Shown piece by piece: positions 1-12,112 of a DNA stretch of 64,000 nucleotides. Within the stretch, counting starts at the first letter, position 1. Each line of letters begins with the position of its first letter. Both the position numbers and the translations under genes were made by a program. This DNA is from Squalus acanthias (lineage: Eukaryota). The stretch covers positions 80,292,001 to 80,356,000 of the forward strand of contig CM059432.1 of assembly GCA_030390025.1 (NCBI GenBank). Direction: 5' to 3'. Under the pieces are notes generated by a model. The model searched no databases. It had not been told where the DNA came from and saw nothing but the letters and a program-made list of their open reading frames with translations.

Positions 1-384
1 TAGTGTTGATAGATATCCACAGGAGGGCGATAGAGTTACTTTCTGTAATGCCAATTGTGGTGCGTTAAATTCCTCACAATTTCCACCTTTTCATCATTGT
101 TTATAATTAACCAAAGTAAAATGAAAGATTGATAGCTTTACGAGGAGCATACAATTCCTATTCCATATTCATAGTGAATAAACCTTCTGATCAAATGTTT
201 TAAATATTCAAACTAAGTTTTTGAATCTCACCCTCCCTGTGACATTATTCCCAAATGATGTTCATTCTTAAATTACCACCCAGATAAATAGGTTACTCCT
301 AACAAAATAGATCCTATCTATCAAATGAAATAGTGTATTCTGACAGCTTAAATTTTTCAGTCCTTGTAACTTGTATCTCATTTC

Positions 385-520
385 TCTGTTCTGACGAAGG
401 GTCATCGACCTGAAACGTTGACTCTGTTTCTCTCTCCACAGATGCTGGCTGACCTGCTGAGTATTTCTAGCATTTTCTGTTTTTATTTCAGATTTCCAGT
501 ATCCACAGTATTTTGCTTTT
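385..520 (+). mobile_element. Penelope-like element terminal fragment with minimal hammerhead ribozyme motif
   Basis: CTGACGA(391-397)-GGTC/GACC stem-GAAAC(412-416)-GTT, then TTTCTCTCTCCACAGATGCTG...TTTCAGATTTCCAG. The same sequence ends the Penelope element at 31437-31575. Confidence 0.75.
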
Positions 521-649
521 GTATCTCGTTTCTCTCCCTACTTCCCCCATCCCATTTGGAGAATGGTTCAGGTAAAGTGAGGAGAGGAAATCCAAACAAT
601 TCAACTGAATAAAAAGACATTTTATTGTTCTTGTTTCATTTACCAGATC

Positions 650-950
650 TGCCTGGACCACATTAAGTGCTATCAGGCCTCACTTTCCTCTGCCAACCTT
701 GCCTACTTACTCCAGGATCACCTTGGAGAGCAATGATAATCCTCGGCTTGTTTTCGACACTAGCAACCATATCCTGACATCTTTCTGCCCCATCCCTTAT
801 ACCCTCACTTTCAATAACAAGTGCAAGGAGCTCATGGACATCTTTGTCACTAAGATCGAGGTTATCCATACAGCTGCTTCTGCTGCTTCCTCACTTCCTC
901 TTGCCCACCAAGCCAAACTTCCCACCAGGTTCCCCCTGCCCTAGCCCTGT
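650..950 (+). mobile_element. Degraded L2-type LINE ORF2 fragment
   Basis: Translation 'YSRITLESNDNPRLVF...NNKCKELMDIFVTKIEVI'. A homologous reverse copy lies at 20170-20870. Confidence 0.55.
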
Positions 951-1446
951 TCCTGTGTTGAGGGAGGGAAGTCCTCCCTCATGTTACCTTGTAATAATGT
1001 GTAGAGAGAGAAAGAGACCCTGTTGAGGGGGAGAGAGAGAGCAATTTTGTTGACTGGGTCTGCGAGATGAAAGAGGGAAAAAAGTCCTATTGCGGGAGGG
1101 GGTGTGAAGGAGAGGGATAGGACTTGGCTACTTCTCGGTCAGGGTTTAGTGGATCCATGTTATAAAACACTATGGTGTAGATTTTCCTATGGGGTAGATT
1201 TACTGTCAAAATAGCACCAAAAATGTACTTACTCCTATCAGTGTAACTCCAATGAGACGCAGCTCAATTTTCATCAGTACACTCTTCTTAGGAGAATTTA
1301 ACTTTTCTTTTTCATTTTCTTCCATTAAACTATTCAATCTGGAGGTTTGTAAGCAATTACTATACCTGTGAATACATCAGTTACTGTTGCTTATCATGCT
1401 GATTAATAAAATAATGTGTAGTGTGATATATTTTATTTGAAAAAAT

Positions 1447-2352
1447 GGGCAGGAATTTTCTGGGGTGGTAGCGGGCACGATCGGAGGCGGGTCAGATGGG
1501 AAAGTTGTTATTTTTGGGAGCAGGTTGGGAACCCACTGTCATTCTGCTTCCATGCGCCTTTCTCCCAGGCATGTCTGTCAGTGCGGACCCGACCCGACTG
1601 GCAGAGGCGGGCGACCCAATTTAAATTATTAATAGTTTGTTGTCAAACCCTTAAGAGTGGTTTTAACCTTACCTTTTAAATTTAACTGGATGGAAACATG
1701 CTGCTTGGGAACCATGTCTGTCAACCTGAGGGTGGGAGCTCAGTGGCCATTGCCCCAGCTGATTAGTTGACGGCATCAAATGTACTATAAAAGCTCCCAC
1801 CTGCCAGATGATCACTTTCTTCAGCAGAAGCTGTTTCTCATGGCATTCTCAGCACAGATTCTGCAGGCTGCAGTCTTTCCAGCAAAGTCTCCATCCAGTG
1901 TCTTTGACGGCACCTGCGATACGCACATAGCAGTCCCAAACACTCTAAGAGAGTGCAGGGCTGATCAATCGCGGGCTGGAAAAAAATCAAAATACAGCAC
2001 ACTGGGGACATTATTCAATTTTGGCCTACCTGACCACCACTGCCTTTAATTAGCGCTCCCCAAGCGGCCAGCCGAGGTGACAACACCTCCTGCAGCTGCC
2101 GTTGTTGACGCCCAGCGATGCTGCAGGGGGTGGAAGTGAATTTTACATCCGGGGCGATAACGGGGCGCTGCGCACCGGATGATGTCACGATCTCTGGGGC
2201 GCAGATCGAGGCGGTAAGTGTTAGCGCCAACCTACCATGGAAGTTCGCAGGCATCAGTAATTTTGCCGCACCCAGTCGGTAAGCCCTTAGTGCCTCGTTA
2301 TCGCCCCCTGGAGGCGTTAATGGGAGGCGCAAAGGAGGCCAATTTATCCCCC
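1447..2352. mobile_element. PIF/Harbinger-type non-autonomous element(s), composite
   Basis: Left end GGGCAGGAATTTTCTGGGG resembles the reverse complement of 16380-16462. Right part (2046-2352, ending CCAATTTATCCCCC) resembles 19060-19361. Confidence 0.55.
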
Positions 2353-2354
2353 AC

Positions 2355-2664
2355 AGGTTTTGAATGAGAGTAAGGGTATAAGAAGGGGGTCTCGACAGCC
2401 ACAAAGGGTAGAACCTTTCAGGAAGAATCAAGGAAACACTTGGGAGACAAAGAGAGACAAGAGACACAGGGTGCAGTCTACTCCCAGTTGCGACTTCTAC
2501 CCAGAGTATAAAGGGGTAATATATGTCCCAATTGTACTCTGTAAACTGCTGCTCGAACACTGTAATGTATTAAGTCTTGCTTGTGCTGCACAAAGTTAAA
2601 TCACTGTCACCTTTACGGGTTAACTTCGAATAATTTGGAACCAGGGTCCCTCTGGGATCTCACA
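2355..2664 (+). mobile_element. 3' fragment of an LTR related to the solo LTR at 21864-22768
   Basis: Shares ordered motifs CTTCTACCCA, GGGTAATAT, CAATTGTACT, CTGCTGCTC, TATTAAGTC, ACTGTCACC, CTTCGAA with 22590-22730, and ends in CA. Confidence 0.5.
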
Positions 2665-3394
2665 CAAGTGCCTAAATATATTTTTATTTTTCAAAATTAA
2701 GGAAATAGTTTTATGGACAGTACTCCAGTTGCTCTTTGTTCTTCAATCAGGCACAAAGTTTATCTACTTCTTAAAGAAGCTATCTGGAAAATATTCTGCC
2801 CTGCGAAGAATTTTTAACCAACTTCAGCAGTGGCAGGAACCATGATTTTCAGGTGAAAAGTAGTTGATTTCTACCAGTGGTAAACGTTTAATATTTAAAT
2901 AATAGGCCGTATGATCCAACGGAAATTAACCCAGTCAATTGGTAAATGGGACCAAAAGTGATTTTGTTTCTCTGTATTACAATTTCAGGATATTATAAAA
3001 CTATCTTCTCTTTGAATGGTCTGACAGCAATTCATGTAAGTGGACTTTGCCCCTACAGTCTCGCCTTTTTCATACTACAATTGCATCCCTGCAGCTTTGA
3101 TGTTGTATTTTCAGTGTTTCCCAAGCTTTATGCTTGCAATTAGTACCTATTTCTAAGTAAACATATTAGTCTGCAAATCTCTGAGCTGAGTTGTAATATT
3201 TAACATTTTGAAGAAGTTTGGTAGCGTACCATAACACTACCTGGAAGTTCATTCTATGTGTTTATCACTCTTCGTTTTAAAAACAACTTTTTGACATCAG
3301 TCCTAATTTGCCTTGCACTAGTTTGAACCTGTGCCCCTTGTCCTACTGTCACAGCTTGATTTATCTTTTCTCTGTTTTCTCAGGTATCACTTTG

Positions 3395-3825
3395 GCTTAG
3401 GTGGTGCCACTTTCACCACTCAGTCCGACAATTTTGGGTTCAAGTCAGGACTTGAGCACATGCTTTAGGTCGGCACATCAGTGCAGTATTCAAGGAGTGC
3501 TGCATTGTTGGATGTCTCATCTTTCAGATGAGCTGATAAGTCAAGGTGGATATAAAAGATCACATGACACCACTTTAAGAAGAGCAGGGAGTTCTCCCAG
3601 TGTCCTGGCTAATATTCCTCAGCCAACCAATACCACTAAAACAAGCTAACTGGTCATTTATTTCATTTCATGTTTGTTGAACTTTTCTGTGAGCATATTG
3701 TTTGCTGTATTTCCCTACCATAGTTACAGTGACTACATTTCAAAATGAATGAATTGGCTGCGAAGCACTTTGGGACATCCTGAGGCTGTGAAGGGTGCTA
3801 TATAAATGCAAATTATTTTTTCTTA
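3395..3825 (+). mobile_element. tRNA-derived Deu-domain SINE (SacSINE1-like) with L2-type tail
   Basis: B-box-like GGGTTCAAGTC; central TAAAAGATCACATGACACC...GAAGAGCAGGGAGTTCTCCCAGTGTCCTGG; L2-like tail GCACTTTGGGACATCC...GGTGCTATATAAATGCAA. Confidence 0.65.
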
Positions 3826-4299
3826 ATTCGTGTTTTAATGCTAAGGATCAATCTTGTAGCTTTTCTCTGCACTGTCTCCAAGGCTTAAATGTCTCCCTTG
3901 TGTCCTGGTGACCAGAAATTGACACAATACATATATACAATTGACAAAAGAAACAGATGTCCCAAATACAATATTGAATAATTCCAAAAGGTATTAAAAC
4001 TTTCCGTGACAATGTCAAACACAAAATAAAGAACAAACCATTTCTTTCACGTGAAATGTATAATGCTGCGATGCAATCAAAGAGGTTTGTTTTCTTGATT
4101 TAATTAAGTAAATATAAAAGCACCAATTCAAATTTCATTACAACAGGATAAAGTTACAAAGCAGCAGAACTTCACACAAATGAAGCTGTTCTGTATCTAA
4201 GGTATTTTCCTTGTTATAATGCTTGTACACATACACACATTCTAATCTGAACTGAGATAAAACTTCTTCCTCTTCATAAAAAAAAACAAGAAAACAAAC

Positions 4300-4893
4300 C
4301 ACATTGATGCCTTTGTTACCTCTAGACTTGACTATTCCAATTCACTCCTGGCTGGCCTCCCACATTCCACCCTACGTAAACTTGAGGTCATCCAAAACTC
4401 TGCTGCCCGTGTCCTAACTAGCACCAGGTCCCGTTCGCCCATCACCCCTGTGCTCGTTGACCTACATTGGCTCCCGGTTAAGCAGTGCCTCGATTTAAAA
4501 ATTCTTATCCTTGTTTTCAAATCCCTTCATGGCCTCACCCCTCCCTATCTCTGTAATCTCCTTCAGCCCCACAACCCCCCGAGATATCTGCGCTCCTCTA
4601 ATTCTGCCCTCTTGAGCATCCCTGATTATAATCGCTCAACCTTTGGTGGTTGTGCCTTCTGTTGCCTAGGCCCCAAGCTCTGGAATTCCCTGCCTAAACC
4701 TCTCCGCCTCTCTCTCTTTCCTCCTTTAAGACACTCCTTAAAACCTACCTCTTTGGCCAAGCTTTTGGTCACCTGCCCTAATTTTTCCTTATGTGGATCA
4801 GTGTCAAATTTGTTGTCTTAAAATGCTACTGTGCAGCGCCTTGGGATGTTTTACTACGTTAAAGGCGCTATATAAATACAAGTTGTTGTTGTT
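4300..4893 (+). mobile_element. L2 LINE 3' end
   Basis: ORF2 C-terminus 'SRLDYSNSLLAGLP...LHWLPVKQ...GPKLWNSLP' and tail AAAGGCGCTATATAAATACAA(GTT)n. Confidence 0.85.
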
Positions 4894-4910
4894 GATCTTT
4901 CAAAAGTTTT

Positions 4911-6069
4911 GGAGCCGATTTTGACCCACTCCAACACGCACAAATGAGGTGGTAATGGGGTTAAAATGTTGGAGCAATACTTACCTCTCCGTTTGTGCTT
5001 GTATGGTGCCCACTGCCACCTTGACTGAGGTTAGGACCCGGGCGACCTTTAATGAGGAAAAATATTTAAGCAGGCTGTGGTTCAGCTGTGAGGCTGCCCC
5101 TGCCCCATGTCAACTGCTGCAGTCAGACCTTGAGCCTACAATCAGACGTTGACCTGCATTGCCTGTGGCTACCATAGTTACGATCGCTTTCATTTTTTTG
5201 CCTCTGGGTCATTCCAGCAGGTGACATGGCGCACATTAGCCAGTCAGCCATGTACTCTTGCATCAAGCAGGTAACAGATGTCCTTTTCTGAAGGGCCAGT
5301 ACTTACATCATGGACAGCAGGAGCCAACATGCACGGGCTATTGGCTTTGCCGCCATAAGGTGCTTCAGCCAAGTCCAGGGAGTAATTGATTGCACTCGTG
5401 TTGCCTTGAGGGAACCTCCCATGAGCCAGCAGCGTTCCTAAACAGGAAGGTATTTCAATCACGCAAGGTCCAGGTCTTTGGGGATCATCCCTGAGAATCA
5501 TGCAGGTGTGTGTACACATTCCGGGGAAGTTCCATGGTGCCACCATGATGTGGCAATCCAACGTGCCATCACTCTTTCAACAGGAGCAGCAAGTGCATGG
5601 GTGGTTGCTGGGGGCAAGGTCTATCCTCTGAACTCATGGCTGATGACCCTGTTACGTCACCCTCACCCTCTGGCAAAACAGCACTACACCCAGAGCGACG
5701 TTAGTATCCATGCTGTAATAGAGCAGGTAATTGGTGTCCTGAAACAACACTAACAATGTTATTAGAGGGGAGCCCCTCCAATACTAGCCGCAGTGAATTT
5801 CCCGCATGGTGGTGGCATTCTGTGTGCTGCATAATATTGTCATCCATGTGGCCAAAGTATAGACATTAACTATGAGAAAGCTGCACATGACTCTGAGGAA
5901 GAGGATGCTGAAGAGGAAAAGGACGACTTTCAACAGCATTTGCTAGAGACAACCCCATTCAACAGTGATTCACATGAAGTTCTCCCTCCACAAGCCCTGC
6001 CAGCAGCAGGCCTCTTCAACATCCATCCCATCTCCTTCCACCCTTCCCAGATGATATCAACACCAACCC
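4911..6069 (+). mobile_element. PIF/Harbinger transposon, left part with degraded HARBI1-like DDE transposase
   Basis: Frameshifted motifs 'VQGVIDCTRV', 'FLNRK', 'YPLNSWLMT', 'VIEQVIGVLKQ', 'CVLHN' followed by an acidic tail. Left terminus GGAGCCGATTTT. Confidence 0.75.
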
Positions 6070-8587
6070 TTGGGGTGGAGCAATCATAATATGATCGAAT
6101 TCTTCATTAAGATGGAGAGTGAAGTATTTGACTCAGAGACTAGGGTCCTGAATTTAAATAAAGGAAACTATGATGGTATGAGGCGCGAATTGGGTAGGAT
6201 TGATTGGGGAATGTTACTCAAAGGGTTGACGGTGGATAGGCAATGGCAAACATTTAAAGATCGCATGGATGAACTACAGAATTTGTTCATCCCTGTTTGG
6301 CATAAAAATAAAACAAAAAATGTGAATCAACCGTGGCTAACAAGGGAAATTAGGGATAGCATAAGATCCAAGGAGAGGACATAAAAATTGGCCAGAAAAA
6401 GCAGCAAACCTGAGGATTGGGAGCAGTTTAGGATTCAGCAAAGGAGGACAAAGGGATTAATTAAGAGGGAGGAAATAGAGTATGAGAGTAAGCTTGCAGG
6501 GAACATAAAAACTGACTGTAAAAGCTTCTATAGATATGTGAAGAGAAAAAGATTGGTGAAGTCAAGCGTAGGTCCCTTGCAGTCGGAATCAGGAGAATTT
6601 ATAATGGGGAACAAAGAAATGGCAGACCAATTAAATACATACTTTGGTTCTGTCTTCACAAAGGAGGACACAAATAACCTCCCAGAGATTTTAGGGGAAC
6701 ATAGGGTCTAATGAGAGGGAGAACTGAAAGAAATCAGTATTTGTAGGGAAATGGTGTTAGGGAAATTGACGGGATTGAAGGCTGATAAATCCCCAGGGCC
6801 TGATAATCTACATCCTAGGGTACTTAAGGAAGTGGCCCTAGAAATAATAGATGCATTACTGGTCATCTTCCAAAATTCTATAGACTCTGGAACAGTTCCC
6901 ATGGATTGGAGGGTAGCTAATGTTACCCCACTATTCAAAAAAGGTGGTAGAGAGAAAACGGGGAATTATAGACTGGTAAGCCTAACATCGGTAGTGGGGA
7001 AAATGCTAGAGTCCATTATAAAAGATGTAATAGCAGAGCACTTGGAAAACAGTGACAGGATCGGTCAAAGTCAACATGGATTTACAAAAGGTAAATCGTG
7101 CTTGACTAATCTACTGGAATTTTTTGAGGATGTAACTGGTAAAATAGATAAGGGAGAACCAGTGGATGTGGTGTATTTGGACTTTCAGAAGGCTTTCGAT
7201 AAGGTCCCGCATAAGAGATTAGTGTGTAAAGTTAAGGCACATGGGATTGGGGGCAGGGTACTGACTTGGATAGAGAACTGGTTGGCAGACAGGAAGCAAA
7301 GAGTTGGAATAAATGGGTCTTTTTCCGAGTGGCAGGCAGTGACTAGTGGGGTACCGCAGGGATCGGTCCTAGGACCCCAGCTATTCACAATATATATTAA
7401 TGATCTAGACGAGGGAACTAGATGTAATATCTCCAAGTTTGCAGACGACACAAAGCTGGGTGGGCGTGTGTGCTGTGAGGAGGATGCCGAGAAACTCCAG
7501 TATGATTTGGATAGGTTGGGTGATTGGGCAGATGCATTGCTATGCAGTAGCCAATGTGGATAAATGCGAGGTTATCCACTTTGGTGGCAAAAACAGGAAG
7601 ACAGATTATTATCTGAACGGCAATAGATTGGGAGAAGGGGAAGTGCAACGAGACCTGGGTGTCCTTGTGCACCAGTCGCTGAAGGTAAGCATGCAGGTGC
7701 AGCAGGCGGTTAAGAAGGCAAATGGTATGTTGGCCTTTGTAGCGAGAGGGTTCGAGTACAGGAACAAGGATGTCTTGCTGCAGTTGTACAGAGCCTTGGT
7801 GAGACCACATCTTGAGTATTGTGTGCAGTTTTGGTCGCCTTATCTGAGGAAGGATGTTCTTGCCATGGAGGGAGTGCAGCGAAGATTCACCAGACTGATA
7901 CCTGGGATGGCAAGAATGACGTATGAGGAGAGATTGGGTCGATTGGGCTTATACTCGCTGGAGTTTAGAAGAATGAGAGGGGATCTCATTGAAACTTATA
8001 AAATTCTAACAGGACTAGACAGACTAGATGCAGGAAGAATGTTCCCGATGGCCGGGGAGTCCAGAACCAGGGGTCACAGTCTAAGGATAAAGGGTAAGCC
8101 ATTTAGGACAGAGATGAGGAGGAATTTCTTCACCCAGAGAGTGGTGAACCTGTGGAATTCTCTACCACAGAAGGCAGTTGAGGCCAACTCATTAAATATA
8201 TTCAAGAAGGAGTTAGATATATTTCTTAAGGCTAAAGGGATCAAGGGATATGGGGAGAAGGCAGGGACAGGGTGACGTAATAAAGACTCACTACGCACTT
8301 GGTTGAACATAAAGCAAGGCTTTAATCGACTTGTAACAAAACATGGCGGTCTAGTTAGCAGTCACTAGCTTCCTGTTTCCAGATTGTCTCTGCCCAAGGT
8401 GGGCCCACGCCCGAGTATTTATACTCCCCGGACGGCGCCCCAGCTGGCCGCCCAGTAGTACTTCCTGAGTTACTTCTTGTAGAAGTTGCGATTTATGACA
8501 CAGGGTACGGAATTTGGATGATCAGCCATGATCTCATTGAATGGCGGAGCAGGCTCGAGGGGCCGAATGGCCTACTCCTGCTCCTAT
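6070..8587 (+). mobile_element. CR1 (HER1-like) LINE, 5'-truncated, RT domain
   Basis: 'KSPGPD', '[13 protein letters not shown]', '[11 protein letters not shown]', 'FADD'. 3' UTR GGCCTACTCCTGCTCC followed by (TTCTATGA)n. Contains stops and frameshifts. Confidence 0.95.
8273..8500 (-). mobile_element. Short solo LTR inserted in the CR1 3' end
   Basis: TG...CA ends (TGACGTAA/TTATGACA); CAGGG direct repeats at 8268-8272 and 8501-8505; minus-strand TATAAATA and ATTAAA. It interrupts a CR1 sequence that is contiguous at 40811-40850. Confidence 0.75.
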
Positions 8588-8589
8588 CT

Positions 8590-9966
8590 TCTATGATTCT
8601 ATGATTCATCAGTCACCACCTGAAAACTAAGGCTCTGATGATAATGTGGAACCACTGCGTGCAAAAACAAAAGGTTTCAATTCTTTAAAGGCTTCAACAA
8701 TTGCCATAAGTTGTTACCCAACAGTGTCTTTTCTAAGTGCTCTTTTTCCATTCTAGTGCTGCTATGTGGTGCTGTCCATGTGGCTTCTGCATGGCTGGTG
8801 GAAGGCTGCTGTTGCTCAAATAAGGACACTGGAAATGCTCGTGGTGGACAAGCACTATAAGTTCAACCCCAAAAGGACTGGCTGCAGACTTACGCAGCTT
8901 GGCTTGCACCAGGGCAGTGTGGCCCAGCTGACTTGGTGGCACCTGTGTGGACATTGGATGACAGTGTAACGAGAGCGCAGCCATACTGCTCTCCCAAGAG
9001 AACTATACTGCCCTCGTTTGGCCAGTATCTCCAGGGCATCCTGCTCCATGGAAGTGGGGACCTGATGGAGGCTGGCCCTCCTCCTGTTCTCAGCTATTGT
9101 GATCCAACTTGCCTTGAAGAAAGAAGGGCAGCTTATTAGTTTGCGGCTGCATCAAAAGCTTGTGAATTTGTGTGAGGCATACTGACGTGTGCATGATGAA
9201 TGCGACATGCAGAAAGTAGTGTGCAGGATGAGGAGGGGTCACAGAGCAGGAAAGTGGCAGCAGGATGACACTTGTTGCCAAATATAAGAAGAGTACATAG
9301 ATTTCCCAGTGCAACCAAGTGGCAGAAATGTGCTACAGTGCTTGGTGTGAGGTAAGCAGCAGCTGTTGGTACAGCTGAAAGTCAGAGGATAGGCTTAGTG
9401 CTTATTGTTAAATAGAGTAGAGTCAGCTGGAGAGGGGAAATGGGAGTGCTTCGTGGTGGGGGGTGAGAGTGCTATGGCAAGGTGTGATGCAGAAGAGACG
9501 TCACAAGAAGTAACTCTTACCTTGGCCGAGCATGTCATGCCACTAGATTTCTTATGACATTGTAACCATGACCTGCAGGTGAGGCTGACTGCGTTCACTT
9601 GCTCAGAAATCTCCCTTCATGCCTGCTGCAGTGTCTGCCTCAGGATTCTAGTCCTATTGGGTCCTTACGCACCCTCACTGGCTCCAACAAAATCTTGTGG
9701 GTAGTGTCTGAAAATCTTGGTATCCTTGGCTGTGCCATAGCGATCCTTCACTTTCTTCTCTCAATCTGCAGCCAAAAATAAGGACGTCCTTGCTTTAAGA
9801 GGCTGTAACTTGCTTTAAGAGATACAGCCTTTCTTTATATAGATGGTAAGCTGCCTGTTTATGCCCAAAAACTTGTGGACAGTTTGCCTGTCATAGACTA
9901 AAGAGGCCCAACCTATCGCCCCATCCATAGGGTGTCGATTTGGTGCCTGAAATGAAAATCTACCCC
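8590..9966 (-). mobile_element. PIF/Harbinger transposon, right part with Myb/SANT-like gene remnant
   Basis: Minus-strand 'EISEQVNAVSLTCRSWLQCHKK...AK' followed by a GTAAG donor. Right terminus AAAATCTACCCC (reverse complement GGGGTAGATTTT) resembles the left end at 4911. Confidence 0.7.
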
Positions 9967-11231
9967 ATTGTACCCTGGATATGAAAGAAATATTTTTTCC
10001 ACATTTTGTGTTACATTCATGACTAATCTGTATAAGCATCTGTTGCTTCTGTTGCATGTGAAGATCCATGAGATGGACATTTGTGGTCACTGTATGATCA
10101 ATTCCCCTTATGAGTCTCTGTCTTCAATACATGGGCTCCCTACTCCTAATTCTTTTCTAATCACATAACATTTCTTTCTACAGTGTGGGTGCCATTATGC
10201 ATTAACTGGCAACTGGCTGCCCGTCAGAATCTATTGTATCGTCTGCTATCAGCAGATGTAAAACAAAGCCACCCACAAGCTCCACAGTGCAGACTGGTAA
10301 AAAAAAATAACAGATATATGAGAATGATTTCAAAGCAGTAATCTAATTTTGGGATCCAGATGCCAGTTATAAAGCACTTCAGCTCCATGTGTGCAGTTTA
10401 TGATGTCATCTAAGTCCCCGAATGAAATTATTGTCATGCAATCTGTCTCACCTATCCATTATTTTCTACATATCCACCTTCAGTTACTGGCTGTTAACCT
10501 TCATTCTACTTTAGTCTGTATGACTTTATAATTTGTTTTTCATCCCATTAACCTACTACTTTAAAGAAAAGATAGATTACTAGATTACTGAATTAAAAAT
10601 AATAATCATAACTTTGGCTTTGGAACCTTGGGCTCGTACTGAAAGGAGGTAGAATAGGAATTGCCATCATTTGCATGCCTCAAACTATTTAAATGAAATA
10701 GGAATTTCAGTTACTGAGACCAAGATCTAGCAACTACTAGTCAGTAAATTGCTTTGATTATTTGAAATCTAGTTCATTTACATGAATGTGATACCTGTAT
10801 TACCTAAAGTTGTTACATTTATTATTTTAAAGTGGTTAGTTACAGATATTGCTATTTCTGCTTGTAAAAAATCTCAGGGATATAGAATGATTTGTTCCAT
10901 ACTTAAAACTTGTATCAAATAAGTGTCAGATAATATAGAGACCACGTCCAACTTAAATCTGGCAAGATATTGTTGTACTGACTTCACAATATGTATATGA
11001 TGCAATCAAATCAGAAAGACACGAGAATTGCTGCCACAGCCTGATATCTTTACAAAAAGAAAAAATATTTTTTGTGCAAGTTAAATAAATGTTCACTGCA
11101 AAGAACATTAGGTTTGACATAAAGGGATAATATCCTACAGATGATGTATTGTTCTCTAAATGAGAACTGGAATTTTTTTTTCAGGTGTATTAGCATAATC
11201 TCCACTGAGGTAACTTATCAGTCTTTGTACT

Positions 11232-12112
11232 AAGGAGCCCCAGTAAAACTGAAGTCAATGGGAATCGGGGGGAATTCTCCACTGGCTGAAGTCATACCGA
11301 GCACAAAGAAAGATGGTTGTGGTGGTTGGAGGTCAATTATCACAGCCCCAGGACATCGCTGCAGGAGTTCCTCAGGGCTGTGTCCTAGGGACAACCATCT
11401 TCAGCTGCTGCATCAATGACCTTCCCTCCAGCATAAGGTCAGAAATGGGGATGTTCGCTGATGACTGCACAGTGTTCAGTGCCATTCGCAACTCCTCAGG
11501 TAATGAAGCAGTCCATGCCCGCATGCAACAAGACCTGGACAACATTCAGGCTTGGGCTGATAAGTGGCAGGTAACATTCACGCCACACAAGTGCCAGGCA
11601 ATGACTATCTCCAATAAGCAAGAGTCTAACCACCTCCCCTTGACATTCAATGGCATTACCATCACTGAATCCCCCACCATCAACATCCTGGGGATCACCA
11701 TTGACCAAAAACTGAACTGGACCAGCCACATAAATACTGTGGCAACAAGAGCAGGTCAGAGGCTAGGTATTCTGCAGCGAGTGTCTCACCTCCTGACTCC
11801 CCAGAGTCTTTCCACCATCTACAAGGCATAAGTAAGGAGTGTGATGGAATACTCTCCACTTGCCTGGATGAGTGCAGCTCCAACAACACTCAAGAAGCTC
11901 GATACCATCCAGGACAAAGCAGCCCGCTTGATTGGCACCCCATCCACCACCTTAAACATTCACGCCCTCCACCAGCGTACCGTGGCTGCAGTGTGTACCA
12001 TCTACAAGATGCACTGCAGCAACTCGCCAAGGCTTCTTCGGCAGCCCCTCCCAAACCCGCGACCTCTACCACCTAGAAGGACAAGGGCAGCAGGAGCATA
12101 GGAACACCACCA
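11232..12112 (+). mobile_element. CR1/L2-group LINE (second family), RT part, interrupted by a CR1
   Basis: 'AGVPQGCVLG', 'MFADD', 'MEYSPLAW'. Continues at 13718-13968; nearly identical to 30431-31286. Confidence 0.85.
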
